Positions 45,565-57,973 of a stretch of DNA of 64,000 bases are shown here, piece after piece. The stretch lies in IMG/VR virus record IMGVR_UViG_3300033998_000157; one strand, given 5' to 3'. The number at the start of each line of letters is the position of its first letter. The stretch's first letter is position 1. The stretch comes from an uncultured virus (IMG/VR IMGVR_UViG_3300033998_000157) (taxonomy: Duplodnaviria > Heunggongvirae > Uroviricota > Caudoviricetes). Below the pieces are notes generated by a model. That model was not told the origin of the DNA and did no database searches. It saw only the letters and a list, made by a program, of their open reading frames with translations. A program made the translations under genes and the position numbers.

Positions 45565-45604
45565 GTTAATTTACTATTGTAGATAATTGAAAGGAGGAAT
45601 TTAA

Positions 45605-46885
45605 ATGCTACATATTAATACAAAGTTGGTGATCCAAGATGAGTTAAAAGATTAGGAGACACCGAGCTAGATTAAAGTTTGGATAGCTGCGACGCATAGT
45701 GATACACCTATAAATTATAGGTTATACACAAAAGAGGAAATGCAAAAGGCTGTAGATAGCTGGACACATCCTTATCAAAAACCTGTATTATTACATCATG
45801 ATGATTTAACAGATGCTATCGGTAGAGTAGTAGATGCTGTATATATTTCTAAAGAAGAATGGAATTAGAAAGTAAAAACATTAACTGGTAGACAAATTGC
45901 TTTACCACAAGATGCAACAGGAGGTATTTTAGTAAAAGCATATATTACAGATGAAGGTGCTATAAAGAAAATTTTAGGTGGCAACTACACAACAGTAAGC
46001 GTAGGATTTAGTGCAGAAGATATGATATGTAATATTTGTGGCAAACAAAAAATGAGCTGGTTGGATGATGATGAAGAAAACTATTGTTCTCATGTTACTG
46101 GAGAAGAGTACGACGGAGTTGTAGCTTATAATGTTCCACTTGGTATAGAATATAAAGAGATAAGCTTTGTGAATAAACCAGCTGATAGTTATGCAGGAAT
46201 AGTAAAATTAGAAAAAACTTCTTTAGAAAATGCATTAAAAGAAGTTAAAACAGAGTTATTTGAACAAAATTAGAATGTTAATTCAGATTTGAGAGATAAT
46301 GAAAATGTTAATACACATAAGGAGGTTATACAAATGGAAGAAATTAAAGCATTAAAAGATGAATTAGAAAAAGCTAAAAACAGCTATTAGGATTTAGAAA
46401 AACAACACAAAGAGTTATTAGACAAATACGAAGCTTTAAAATCAGAATATGATAAATTACATGAAACATTAAAAGAAGAGTATGCTTCAAGAGTTGCTTC
46501 ATTAAAAGGTATACTAATGGAAGCATCAGATGAAGAAATAGAAGCATTAAAAGAAAAGTATAAAGATTTATCAATTGAAACTTTAAAACTTTTAGAAGAT
46601 GAATATAAAGGATTAGTAGAAAGAACATTAGAAGATGAAGAAAAACAAAAGGTTGAAGAAGATAAAGAAGAAACAAAAGAAGAAGTTGCAGAAGAAACAG
46701 AAGAAAAAGAAGAAGTTAAAGAAGATAAAGAAGAAATTGAAGAAATAAAGGAAGAAGATAAAGAAATCGTTGAAAAAGAACAATCAGACAGTGTTAATTT
46801 AGAAAAAGAAAAGGATCCTCAAAAAATGCACAATATTTTATCATTAGAGGATAAAATAGAAGAAATATTAGGAATTAGAAAATAA
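45605..46885 (+). CDS. prohead protease with C-terminal scaffold domain; TAG-recoded
   Basis: KPVLLHHD, AIGRV, TVSVGF, CNICG..CSH, EISFVNKPAD; acidic coiled-coil tail with in-frame AAGGAGG-ATG at 46334. Confidence 0.85.
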
Positions 46886-46913
46886 TTTATATTAATTAAG
46901 GAGGTAAACTAGC

Positions 46914-47744
46914 ATGGCTAAATTTGTACAAAACTCATTACCATTATACAATGTGGTAAAACACGAAAAGATGAGAGAATATTCAGATGGTATCAGAATT
47001 GGCGGAGGTTTAAAGTTCAGACCAGCACCTTACTTACCAATTAAAGAATATGATGAAAACTTACACAAAGGTGTTGTTATCAAAAAAGGTGATTTTGTAA
47101 CATTAGATGAAAACGGATATTTAGTACCTGCATTTGTAGGTGAAAAAGCATTAGATTATACTGCATTAGATGTAGCAGAAGGAGTATATGACATTGATGA
47201 CTTTGGTTAGGGGAATGCAAAAGTTTCAGCTGCTAAAACTTCAACATTAAAAATCGGTACAACTGCAACAGCTGATGTAAAAATTGGAAAACCATTCGGT
47301 ATTGCAATGTACGATGTATATGCATGGGATATGGATGCAGATCCATGGTATCAAGTACAAAATCCTGTAACAGTATTAGCTGACAGAATGATATTATTAG
47401 CAATTGATACAGATCACAACAGTGTTGCTTACGAATCAGGTGACATCTTAGTATTAGATGACAAAGGATTCCCAGTACCATTCAGTTATTCATTAAATGA
47501 TACAGACACAATATCATTAGCAAATTCTGTAAAATCAGCATTAGATAGCTTAAAATATGCAATAGGTAGAGTTGTAAAAGTTATAGATATAAATGCTGAT
47601 CCAGAATGGAGAGGCGGATTAGAATACGTAGAATACAGACCAGAAGACTTTGAAATTGACTTACCTGGAAAAGCAAATGGTGGAGTAACAGATGGTATTG
47701 ATAAAGATACAAAGAAAGGTTTATTAATTCAATTAGAATTTTAA
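46914..47744 (+). CDS. putative head decoration or capsid-associated protein; 1 TAG
   Basis: joins ORFs 46914 and 47307 across TAG 47208-47210; sits between scaffold and capsid genes. Confidence 0.7.
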
Positions 47745-47778
47745 TATAATTTAAAATACAGTATAGGAGGTATGAAAC

Positions 47779-48984
47779 ATGGAATTTAAAGATTATATAA
47801 ACGAAGTGGTAGAAGAAAAAATAAACGAAATTATTGTTGGAGACACAGACGTTGTAAAATAGTTAAAAAGAATTTCAGAAGAAGATTAGAAAGTAGAATT
47901 AGTAAAAAGAATTATAAGAAACAATGGTAAATTATCAGATTCAGTTTCCAAAAAATTTGAATTACAAGACTTAATTACATCACCAGAATTTTCTGGAACA
48001 TTCCCAAAAGTTATAACAAAAATGGCAGCAGAAGTATATGAAAATAAATTAGTTATCACACAATTCTTAGAAGAAATGAATGTAGATCCAGGACCATCAT
48101 TAACAATACAAGTACCACAATTTGTAGGTGCATTTGGACAAGACTTAGATGTAGATGAATCTGGCGAATACCCAGAATTGAACCTAAAAATGGCTGGCGG
48201 AGCAGTAGCAACAGTAACAATTGGTAAAGTAGGTATCGCAGTTTCATTAACAGAAGAAACAATCAGATATTCAAGATTTGACATCGTCAACGCAGCAGTT
48301 AACGAATAGTTAAAAGCTATGGCAAGATGGAAAGAAAGAAAAGCAATTAAAATGTTCTATGAAAGTGCAAAAGTTATTAAAAATGGTGGATCAGGAGTAG
48401 ATGTATCAGGAACAGCTAACGGTGGTTTAACATTAGATGACATCGTAGATGTTGCATTACAATTTATGGAAAAAGGATTCAATGCAGATACAATTATAAT
48501 GCACCCATTAGCATATCCTGTATTTGCATTAAACGGAACATTAAGATCATTCTTCTGGGCATCAATTGGAGAAAAAGGTCAATTCTATAACTGGCCACAA
48601 GTATCTGGCGGACAACCTAAATTCTATGAAAGAATGGGTAAAACATTAGATTTAAACGGACAAAATATTGTTGGATTCGAATTACCAACAGGTATATTAG
48701 GAAAACCAATGAGATTAATCTTATCACCAGCTGTACCATACAACAAAGATACAAAGAAAACAGATATTATCGTATTAGACTCAGAAAACTTAGGTTACTT
48801 AATTACAGCTGAAAAACCAACAACAGATGAATTCAATGATCCAATGAGAGATATTAAACACTTCAAAGTAAAAGAAAGATATGGAATGGCACCAAAATAC
48901 GATGGTTCAGCTATGGGTATCATCAAAGATGTATCTGTAGTAGAAACATTTGACCCAAGACCATTCTTTGTAAAACAATTATAA
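47779..48984 (+). CDS. major capsid protein; 3 TAG
   Basis: 401 aa; ESGEYPE, KVGIAVSLTEETIRYSRFD, MARWKE, IIMHPL, KERYG; strong RBS and following terminator. Confidence 0.88.
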
Positions 48985-48998
48985 TAATAAATAAATGA

Positions 48999-49023
48999 CC
49001 GTGGCTTTTGCCACGGTTTTTTT
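48999..49023 (+). terminator. intrinsic terminator after capsid gene
   Basis: accgtggc-tttt-gccacggt followed by a T-run. Confidence 0.8.
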
Positions 49024-49064
49024 GTTAATTAATTATAGAAAAACTAAAAAGGTAGGTGTGACAT

Positions 49065-50222
49065 ATGAAAGTAATTAGTTCAGTACCAACAAATGGTGGT
49101 GAATTAGAAAAGAACACTAATCTTGTGTTGATATTTGATGAGCCAATAGATAATGTTTCGTTTAATAAAAGCATGTTGTATATAGAACGTGAAGGTAATA
49201 ATGTAGATTATGATTACTCTATTAATAACAACGAATTAACTATTACTTTAAAAAGCTATATATTAGGAAAATATTACTTGTATTTAACTGGATATGATGT
49301 GTTGAATAATTTATATCTAAAAAGCACTTCTGGTAATAATATTTCGTCAGATTTTGCTATGTCATTTGACGTTATAGATTCATAGCAATCTGGTGGCAAT
49401 ACAAACAACGAAACTACTATAACACAAGAATATATAGTATTAGATGACGATGAAGAAATAACTGCTGAATACTCTTCCTTGATTTTATAGAATCAATTTA
49501 GATAGACATTTTCTAGTCAAATACAATAGCCATTTGATATAACAGTTATAATAGAAAATTTTGACGGCTCTTATACAATTAACCAATATAATGTATCTGA
49601 CATATCTACACCAGCATACTTTACAAACAATGTGCTTGTAGTAAATTTCGAAACTCTACAACCAAATTCTATGGTTACAATAGAAACATCAGATATAACA
49701 TTCACTGGTGATATAAAACAATCATTTAATTTTACAGCATTAACTAATTTAAATCCTTATATCAATATGAATGCAATTAAGTAGAAATTAGGAAGTTATT
49801 AGTCTAACATTTCAAGAGAGGAATTATATTATGCTTAGTTATCAGCTATGATAGCATACGAACAAAGTTCTGGTACTTAGATTATAGGACAACAAATAAC
49901 ATAGGAACAAAAAATGTTTATTCAAAAATATTAGTATTTAGAACTATTATAGTTGCTTTTAAACAAAAAAATGATAGATTCTGGTAATAGTATTAATACT
50001 GGAATTGCATCGCTCTCATTTGGCAATGTCACTGGCAATCAGATAGATTATATCAATTAGCAAAAAGATGAATTATTGAATAACTATATCAAATTGAGTG
50101 CAAAATGGTAGGATAAATAGTATAAATATAATTACTCTACAAGCTCACGTGCAATGTTATAGTTAGAAATGCTAAGAAATATAATAGGCGGTGAATACGA
50201 TGATAGACCAATTATTAGATGA
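49065..50222 (+). CDS. Ig-like domain virion protein, possible head-tail adaptor; TAG-recoded
   Basis: N-terminal VISSVPTNG..LIFDEPID Ig-like pattern; open to TGA 50220-50222. Confidence 0.7.
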
Positions 50223-50583
50223 ATTGTTAAATAAAACTGGCGTTTATATATATATAGAATAGGAAGATAAAAAAACGTACATTTTAAAATAGCCAGTAAA
50301 AATATCTAACAACTATTTATCTTTATAGGAACCAAAACAATCGTCTGATGTAATGGTTTTTTCTGATTTGAAATTTTTATAGTTCATTGATAAAAAGTAT
50401 AAAGTTAAACCTGCGGTTGGCAAAAGCATAGGAACTGTTGATTTAAATTAGAACAAAGAAGTATCAGAATTCAAAAACGAATTTGTAATAGAAACTGTAA
50501 TGGAATTAGTATATGAAGGTAAATTTTATGGTTATGTTGTGTATGGCAATACATAGGAGGTAAGAAAATATGCTAAAGACTAA
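50200..50583 (+). CDS. putative head closure/neck protein; TAG-recoded
   Basis: 127-aa frame; function from position only. Confidence 0.6.
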
Positions 50584-51157
50584 TATTCAATCTAATATTG
50601 AAGTAATAGATCTTGTGGCAAAAGCATTTACTTAGTACTTAGAAGCAACAAATAGAGAATACAAAATAGCTATAAAACCATTATAGTCAGAAAAGAATTT
50701 AATATCATAGAATGAAAATGTATTGCTAATATATAAATTATATAAAAAACAATAGGGTAGTGCTAAAAAACCATTTGAAGAACGCACATTTTTAAGACCT
50801 TATTTTGTTAATTCAAATATAGGAGTTGGAGGAATAACATAGTACGAAAATTTTGAGTTCTTTTTTGACAATATGTTTGAATTTCAATTTTATTCCCAAG
50901 ATTATTTTATACTAACAAGATAGGCAGAAGATTTTATTGCATATATGGGTATGCTTTCAACTACTAAAAATGTGTTTTCAGAAAACGGCATTAAGTTACC
51001 TATATTTTGGGAACAAACACAGGATGAAATAGTGGAGGTCGGAAATACATTTTTATATAAATCATCATTATTCTATTAGTTCCAAACAAAACAAACTATA
51101 AGTAAATAGTTAGATGTTATAAGAAAGATTAATACTTATGTAGAATTAAGTCAATAA
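50570..51157 (+). CDS. putative tail completion protein; TAG-recoded
   Basis: AGGAGG-ATG, 195 aa, directly before the sheath gene. Confidence 0.6.
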
Positions 51158-51186
51158 TTTCAACATATTAAAGGAGGTATTTAAGC

Positions 51187-52683
51187 ATGGCAGATTTAAG
51201 ACTTTATCCTAACTTACCTGGAGTAGTATCAAGCATTTCAGCAGAAACATTAGTTCCAGAATTAGATGATTCTAAACCAAAATTCTTATTAGTTGGTTGG
51301 CATTCAGAAGATGCATTTGCAGATGGTACACCAATATTATTCAACGAACCTTACTTCATTTTAAACTCAACAATGCTTTCATCAATGTTCGGTGACACAG
51401 AAGGATTAGGATTACATGCTAAAATTATAGGAACTACATCAAACTGGGAATTATTACCAGTATTAGTAAGAGTAGGTAAAGTAGACATAAAAGCTGGTTC
51501 AGGTGCAGATGTTGATACCGCAAAAGGAGCATTATCTTAGGCAACAGCAGATGGTAATGTAACAGGAACAGTTGCAAAAGTTTCTTGGTCAGGAGAACCA
51601 ACATGGAAAGCTAACTACACATTAAAAGTTGTTGTATCAGGAACAAATATAGATGTTTATTTAAACAATGCAACAGAACCATTAGTATCTGGCGATTCAC
51701 CATTAAATATTGAAGAATTAGGTTTAAAAGTTGAAGGTTTAGCAGACGGAACAGAATATTTTGCATTCCAATATGCTGTAGAACCAACAACTGACGATGA
51801 AAAAATCAGTGCATTAAAATTAGCATTAGACGAATTAATTGGATTAGAAATTAATTACGTATACTCACCATTTGCTGTATTAGATGACGCTGGAACAACA
51901 GATCACTTTGCTACAGTATTAGCTGAATTTGCTGAAAAACAAAGCAGCCAATACAATAACGTATTAGCATATATAGGTGTAAAAGCTCCTTCTAATTATA
52001 CATATTCCGCTATTAAAAAATGGGTAAATGACTTAAAAGCTTTAATGTCAACTGGCGGAACATTTGAAAATGGAATTGTATCATCAGGAGGAGCAGATGT
52101 AGGACACAGACTTGTAATTGTAGCAGGACACGGTATTGTAGAAAATGTATCAAATGTAAAAGTTGATTTAGCTTCATATGTAGGAGCTTACTTACATGCA
52201 AATAAAGTTTATACTGGACCAATTAATTTAGAACTTACAGGAGTAACATTATTAGAATCATTATCATTAAAACAAGTAAATGAATTATCAGGACATAGAA
52301 TAACTGCATTATATAACAAACCAGGATATAATAAAACACCTGTAATATTAGTTGGTAGAACAGCAGCTCCAATCACAACACCATTTACAAAAATTTCAAG
52401 TATAATGGTTGTTAATGAATTTGTAAATGGATTAAAAAATATTGCAGATACATATTTAGGAAGACCTAACAGTGGTACAGTAAGAATGAGCATGCAATCA
52501 ACAATGCAAAACTTTGCAAACTCAATGAAACAAGCAGGAAAAATAGCAGGTGCTGTAGTAACAGTAGAACCTGATGTAACAAGCGGAACAATTAATGCAT
52601 TAGCAGTTAAAGCAAGAGTACAAGCATTTGCAGAAATCGAAGTAATTTCTATTGATGTTACTTTTGAATATCAAATAGCTTAA
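51187..52683 (+). CDS. tail sheath protein; 1 TAG
   Basis: YPNLPGV N-terminus; C-terminal sheath domain (YLGRPN, AFAEIEVI); joined across TAG 51538-51540. Confidence 0.85.
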
Positions 52684-52737
52684 TTGAGTGTTGGCGAGGT
52701 TGCTCGCCAGCACCTTACATCTCGGAGGTGACAATAA

Positions 52738-53328
52738 GTGAGTTTAACATATTCTCCTTCAAATTAGATGCTATTAGCCAAATACGGTGATAAATATATA
52801 ACAATTGGAAATGCCACAAATATTGTTATAGAAACTGCCAGAAGTAAAACACCTATATTTGTGTTTGGTAAAAGCGAACAAGCAGCTATTGCAAGAGGTT
52901 AGCAATTTATTAACGGAACAATTGATATGGTTGTGTTTGATACAAAATTATGGGATGAAATTCTTAAAAGCAACAAACGTATAGTTAGTGCAGTAGAATA
53001 GGAATTAAACGGCAAAACAGCAGAAACAACAGGTAAATCTATATTTGGAATTGACACACTAAGCTATAAAATGGACGAAACAAACATAGATGATATTTTA
53101 TTAGATGAATTATTATTAATTTCTTCTAATCCACAACCTGTTGTAGAAAAAGATGAAAATGGACAAACACATACATATATAGAATATATGAAAGTAACTT
53201 TATATGATGTTTCATTCTTTGACTATAGTTATGCAAAACAAATTTCAGATGTTACGGCATTAGAAAGAGTATCATTTATGGCAAAGAAAATTTCTCCTGT
53301 AAACACTTATAAAGAAGAAATAAAATAA
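52738..53328 (+). CDS. tail tube-like protein 1; TAG-recoded
   Basis: GGAGG-GTG; YSPSN, KTPIFVFG, IARG..FINGTI. Confidence 0.7.
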
Positions 53329-53358
53329 TATTATTAACATATGAAAGGAGCGGTTAAT

Positions 53359-53937
53359 ATGGCTGATATACCATTATCACCAAGTAATGTTGTGATTTAG
53401 TTAAAAGATACAGGTAAAGTTATTGGTTCATAGACAAACTTTATGATTAACATAGATAGAAGAAAATTACCAGTATTAGCATTAGGTAGAACAGAACCAT
53501 TAGGATATGGTAGAGGATTCAGAATTATATCAGGTATGATTGATTACGTTGTATTACAAAACGATTTATTAAAAGAAATATATGATGATTCTGATAAAAA
53601 AATAAGCGAAATTATTTTAGCTAACGACGAATATGAAACATGGAATCCAATAGAAAATGCATTCTATAATGAAACAAGCGATAATGATAAGAGTGTAGAT
53701 ATAGGCGGAGCTAAGTATTACAAAATTATGCCTACAACATTAGATATGTTACCACCATTAGACATAATTGTATATGGTGTTGATGAAAATGGCGAACCAA
53801 GCGGTATGATAATTACAGGATTAGAATTTACATCAAGCTCATTAGTAGCTACAATAAACGACGTAGCATTAGCTCAAAGAGCAGAATTTGTTGCTAAATC
53901 TGTAACTCCATGGATGAAAGGTTAGAAAAAAGAATAA
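53359..53937 (+). CDS. tail tube-like protein 2; TAG-recoded
   Basis: LSPSN, KLPVLALG, GYGRGFRIISG, DMLPPLDI. Confidence 0.7.
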
Positions 53938-53980
53938 CAATAATGCCAAATCGATAATATATAAGAGGTGGTGAAAAAAC

Positions 53981-54742
53981 ATGGCTGATTTTATGGGTAA
54001 TCCATAGAATACGTTAATAACAATATCATTAAACTATAAATATAAAGATGCTGAAGGCAAAATAGCAACAGGAACAGAAACAATAACATTAGGTTAGGTA
54101 CAACAATTCGCTTATCAAGTAAGAAGAGCAAAAGCACCTATTTATGTAATTGGTAGTGTTTCTCCTATAACAATTGCAAAAGGTGCTAGAAGTGTAGCAG
54201 GAACAATGGCTGGTGTTATACTTTCAGAAAGTTTTTAGATGAATTTAATTAAATATTTCTGGGCAAAAACAGCAGATACATCAAAAGTAGATATTTCAGA
54301 CTTAAATGGTATATAGAGAATCTCAGCTGAAAAAGAAATAGAAGACATATATGGAACAAAACAAAACTTTTATGATAAATTTGTAAAACCATTGTTAGAA
54401 AGTTTAGGAGTTTCAGCAAACAATCAAAAAACAAAAGACGGTAACAATCCGTATGATATCGACAACAAATATAAATGGTTCCCAACAGATTCAATTCCAT
54501 TAGATTATGCAATGAAAATACCACCAATGTATTTAGATGAAGTTCCACCTGTAAATCTTAAAATGATTACTCCTATTAAACAAGAATCAGGTGTAATAAC
54601 ATATGAAGAAGTTGAATTTGTAGGATTAGAATTCTTAAACAATGACTTAGCAGTTCAAGCTGGTAGAGAAGCTATATTTGAATCCACAAACTTTATTTAG
54701 AGATCTGTTTCAAAAACAATTAAAACAAAATCATTCTCCTAA
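53981..54742 (+). CDS. tail tube-like protein 3; TAG-recoded
   Basis: KAPIYVIG, IAKGARSVAGT, DEVPPVNL. Confidence 0.7.
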
Positions 54743-54765
54743 TATTGTAAAAAGGAGTTAAAACA

Positions 54766-55422
54766 ATGAATAACAAATTTTTTACACCAAGTAATGCAAA
54801 AATATATGGGATTTAGCAAGTAAAAGAAAACAATGTTCTAAGAACTAAAATTGAAACACTTGATGATGTAGCACAGATAACTTTTAGCTCGCCAGTAGAT
54901 ACAAAACCTGTGCTATAGATAGGAAATAAATAGGTTCTTGGTTATACATATGGATAGAGATTATACGCGGGTACGATGTAGCTACCCGCTAATTCTTATC
55001 CTTCTTTTTATAATCTGTTTTCTGAATGGATAGTAAATATGAATTTGAAATATACAGAACAATTAACCACTTCTAAATTTATATCTGTAAATGCTGAAGA
55101 TTTGCCTCCATTCGATATTGTTATTTTAAGTATGCCAGAAACAATAACTTCTGATATGGATTATGTAAATGTGTTTGTATATATATTGAAAAATGTAAAA
55201 ATTATAGAAACTTCTGTTGATCTTAATACATAGAGCCCTAATGGGCAAGTTATGTTATATAGATTTTCTGCTACATATATAGGACAAAAAATAGCAGTTG
55301 TAGAAAATTCATCTAATATAGGCTTAGATGCCGATGAAATAAATAAAATAACTCAAATGAACACCAACACAATTAATTAGCCTAAGTTTACAGATTTAGT
55401 TCTTTCTAAATTGTACGGGTGA
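54766..55422 (+). CDS. tail tube-like protein 4; TAG-recoded
   Basis: FTPSN, KPVL*IG, GYTYG*RLYAGT, EDLPPFDI. Confidence 0.7.
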
Positions 55423-55426
55423 TAAT

Positions 55427-55888
55427 ATGTTTGATACTAATAATGAAATAATTATAAATTCACCAGATATTATTGTTTTATTCGATACTGTTGGATATAG
55501 TTCAGAAATTCCTTCTGATAGACATTTAATTATGAATAATATATATACAATCCAATTTAATACAACGGGATAGGCATATCCCGTTTTTGCTGTTAATGAT
55601 AAAGTGCCAACTTTCTATAGCAACACAAAAGATATTAAACAAGGATTTATTGCATATAACGCTACTGTTTTTAATATTTATGATATGATAGGTGCTATCA
55701 AAATAAAAGATACTAATTAGTATTATCTTCCTCAAATATTTATTTTATTTAAAGAAGATTAGTATATATGGCTTGGAGATGTTTATGTAAATACTCCAGG
55801 TTTTACATTATTACCAGATTAGCAATCGATACAATTAATTTCATCTTTTGTATAGCATAAATACAAAGTTATAAATAATCGAAGGTGA
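55427..55888 (+). CDS. tail/baseplate protein, divergent tube-like; TAG-recoded
   Basis: 153-aa frame to TGA; YPVFAV pattern; absent from the ORF track. Confidence 0.6.
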
Positions 55889-55892
55889 TATA

Positions 55893-56555
55893 ATGTTTAC
55901 AGGAGTATTAAGAAATGAGTTATTTGAAAATCAAATGTTATATGTTTTAAAACAAAATGCAGAAACCACAGCTTTTAATGGTTTTGATTAGACTATATTC
56001 GCATTAAAAAGTCATGTTCATACTGAAACATTAGAAATGTTAGTTAATAATTTAGAAAACAATTCTGTAATCCTTGATAATGTTTCATTTTTTCAAGCTT
56101 TTCCATAGCAAAGCTTAATTCCAATGGCAAACGTGTTTAATGTATCAGAAGTGCAATATATACCAGCAACACAACAAATAGAAGGTAGAATAGGATTTAA
56201 TTTACCAACTTTTGATATATTTGAGCAATTTGTTGCTACAGGTATTGGTACTTATCAAGGATTAAATAAAAAATAGATTTCTGTTCCTTAGTTAGTTGTT
56301 TTATTTAAAAACGATATGAAATTTTAGCATGTTTCAGCTGTTATATTGTCTGATATAACTATATATGGTTTTGAACACAAATTTGAAGCTGATTAGTTGC
56401 CAGAACAATTTATAGTTAGATTTGTATAGAAAGGAATTGAATATAAAGATTATAAATTTGAAGAATAGAAAAAATATAACCAGTTATTTAAAGATCCAGC
56501 TAAATTAAATATTGAAGATCAATTGTACGTTGAAAAAACAAATAAATTAGCTTAA
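55893..56555 (+). CDS. tail/baseplate protein; TAG-recoded
   Basis: AAGGTG-ATG, 220-aa frame to TAA. Confidence 0.6.
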
Positions 56556-56581
56556 TAGTTTTAATGAGGAGGACTGAGACC

Positions 56582-57049
56582 GTGGGAGATTTAGAATTTT
56601 TAAAAAAGGTAGAAGAAGAAATTAAAACAGAACAAGAAGAACAAAAGCAAGAAGAAAATAGCGATGTTCAAAGCGGTTGGATTGATACAGCAAATATTAT
56701 GGAAGAATTAAAAAAAGCAGCAGAAGAAATATTATACGAAAAAGATCCTAAACTAAAAGATAAGGTTGAAGAATTAAAGAATAAATACAAAGATGTGTAT
56801 GTGTATTTCTTTGATGATGAAGAATTTTATATTTATAGACCATTAACAAGATTCGAATACAAAGATATTACTTCTAAAACAGATAAACAAGATGAAATTA
56901 CAGAAATGATTGTATTAAAAGCTACATTATATCCAGAACTAACAGAAGAAAGATTAGATGGATTGAAAGCAGGAATTGTACCAACACTACTTGAGTTAAT
57001 ATTAAATGCTTCTAACTTTGGAGTTCAAAACCCTGTTGTAAAATTGTGA
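56582..57049 (+). CDS. putative tail assembly chaperone
   Basis: GAGGAGG-GTG; LKNKYKDVY, IYRPLTRFEY, LKAGIVPTL, SNF. Confidence 0.65.
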   Translation: MGDLEFLKKVEEEIKTEQEEQKQEENSDVQSGWIDTANIMEELKKAAEEILYEKDPKLKDKVEELKNKYKDVYVYFFDDEEFYIYRPLTRFEYKDITSKTDKQDEITEMIVLKATLYPELTEERLDGLKAGIVPTLLELILNASNFGVQNPVVKL

Positions 57050-57059
57050 GGATGATAAT

Positions 57060-57680
57060 ATGTTAAAGCCTTGGCAACTTATAAAATTAAAATAGAAATA
57101 CGGAGGAATATACGTTATTAAGCACAATGGATAGTTGTATGTTGCTAGGCAACCTACATTATTAGAAATTACATAGTAGTATGATTAGAAAAAGGTATTC
57201 GAGTTAGACACAGAGGAAATGTTTTTAGAACTTACAAAATCTGTAATGGTATATCCAGAAGACCCTTCTGATATTCCAGAAATATAGATTAAAATGTTAG
57301 CAGAAGCTATGTTGGATGATATACCTCTAACAGAATAGGAAGTAGAAAATAAAATAGCCGAATTAGCATTAGAAAATGATAATGTTTTTAAAGAAATAGC
57401 ATTAGAATTATGGTAGCAAGTTTCGGGAACAACAATACATGAATTCTACAATAGACCTATTAAAGAAGTTCTTGAAATGTATGGAATGTTAAAAATATTG
57501 ACTAGCGTAGCTAAGGAAGGAACTCAACAAGAATCGTATGAAGAGTATGACTATCCTAATATAGAACTAACAGAACCACAAACAACAAATAAACAAAACA
57601 TTCCTACTTAGATACCAAAAGACATGTTTGGAAAAGATTTAGATGAAGTGTTAAAAGCAATGTAGCAAGGAGGCAATTGA
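57060..57680 (+). CDS. second chaperone-like protein, paralog of 56582..57049; TAG-recoded
   Basis: LK*KYGGIY, YVARQPTLLE, VMVYP mirror the upstream gene. Confidence 0.65.
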
Positions 57681-57681
57681 A

Positions 57682-57912
57682 ATGGCTGAAAAGTGGAATC
57701 CTCCTAAGAGTAAAAGCAAAAGAGAAAAAATGCCTTAGAGTTAGTTCCTATTACCTTCTAAAAGAAAATTCCCTTTTAAAAAGAAGGTTAATGGAAAATG
57801 GAAAGTGTCTTGTTAGGGTCTTAGATAGGCAATGAGAAGATAGGCTCAACATGGGTATTAGAATATATATAGAAAAGCCAAAGCTTTATTAAATAAAAAT
57901 TGCAAAAAATGA
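57682..57912 (+). CDS. small basic protein; 6 TAG in 76 codons
   Basis: AGGAGG-ATG; MP*S*FLLPSKRKFP, C*GLR*AMRR*AQHG; TGA stop then terminator. Confidence 0.75.
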
Positions 57913-57940
57913 TGGTGGGGTTTTACCCACCATTTTTTAT
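57913..57940 (+). terminator. intrinsic terminator
   Basis: tggtggg..cccacca hairpin followed by a T-run. Confidence 0.75.
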
Positions 57941-57973
57941 TAGTTAATTTAATATAGAAAGGGGTGTGATTTA

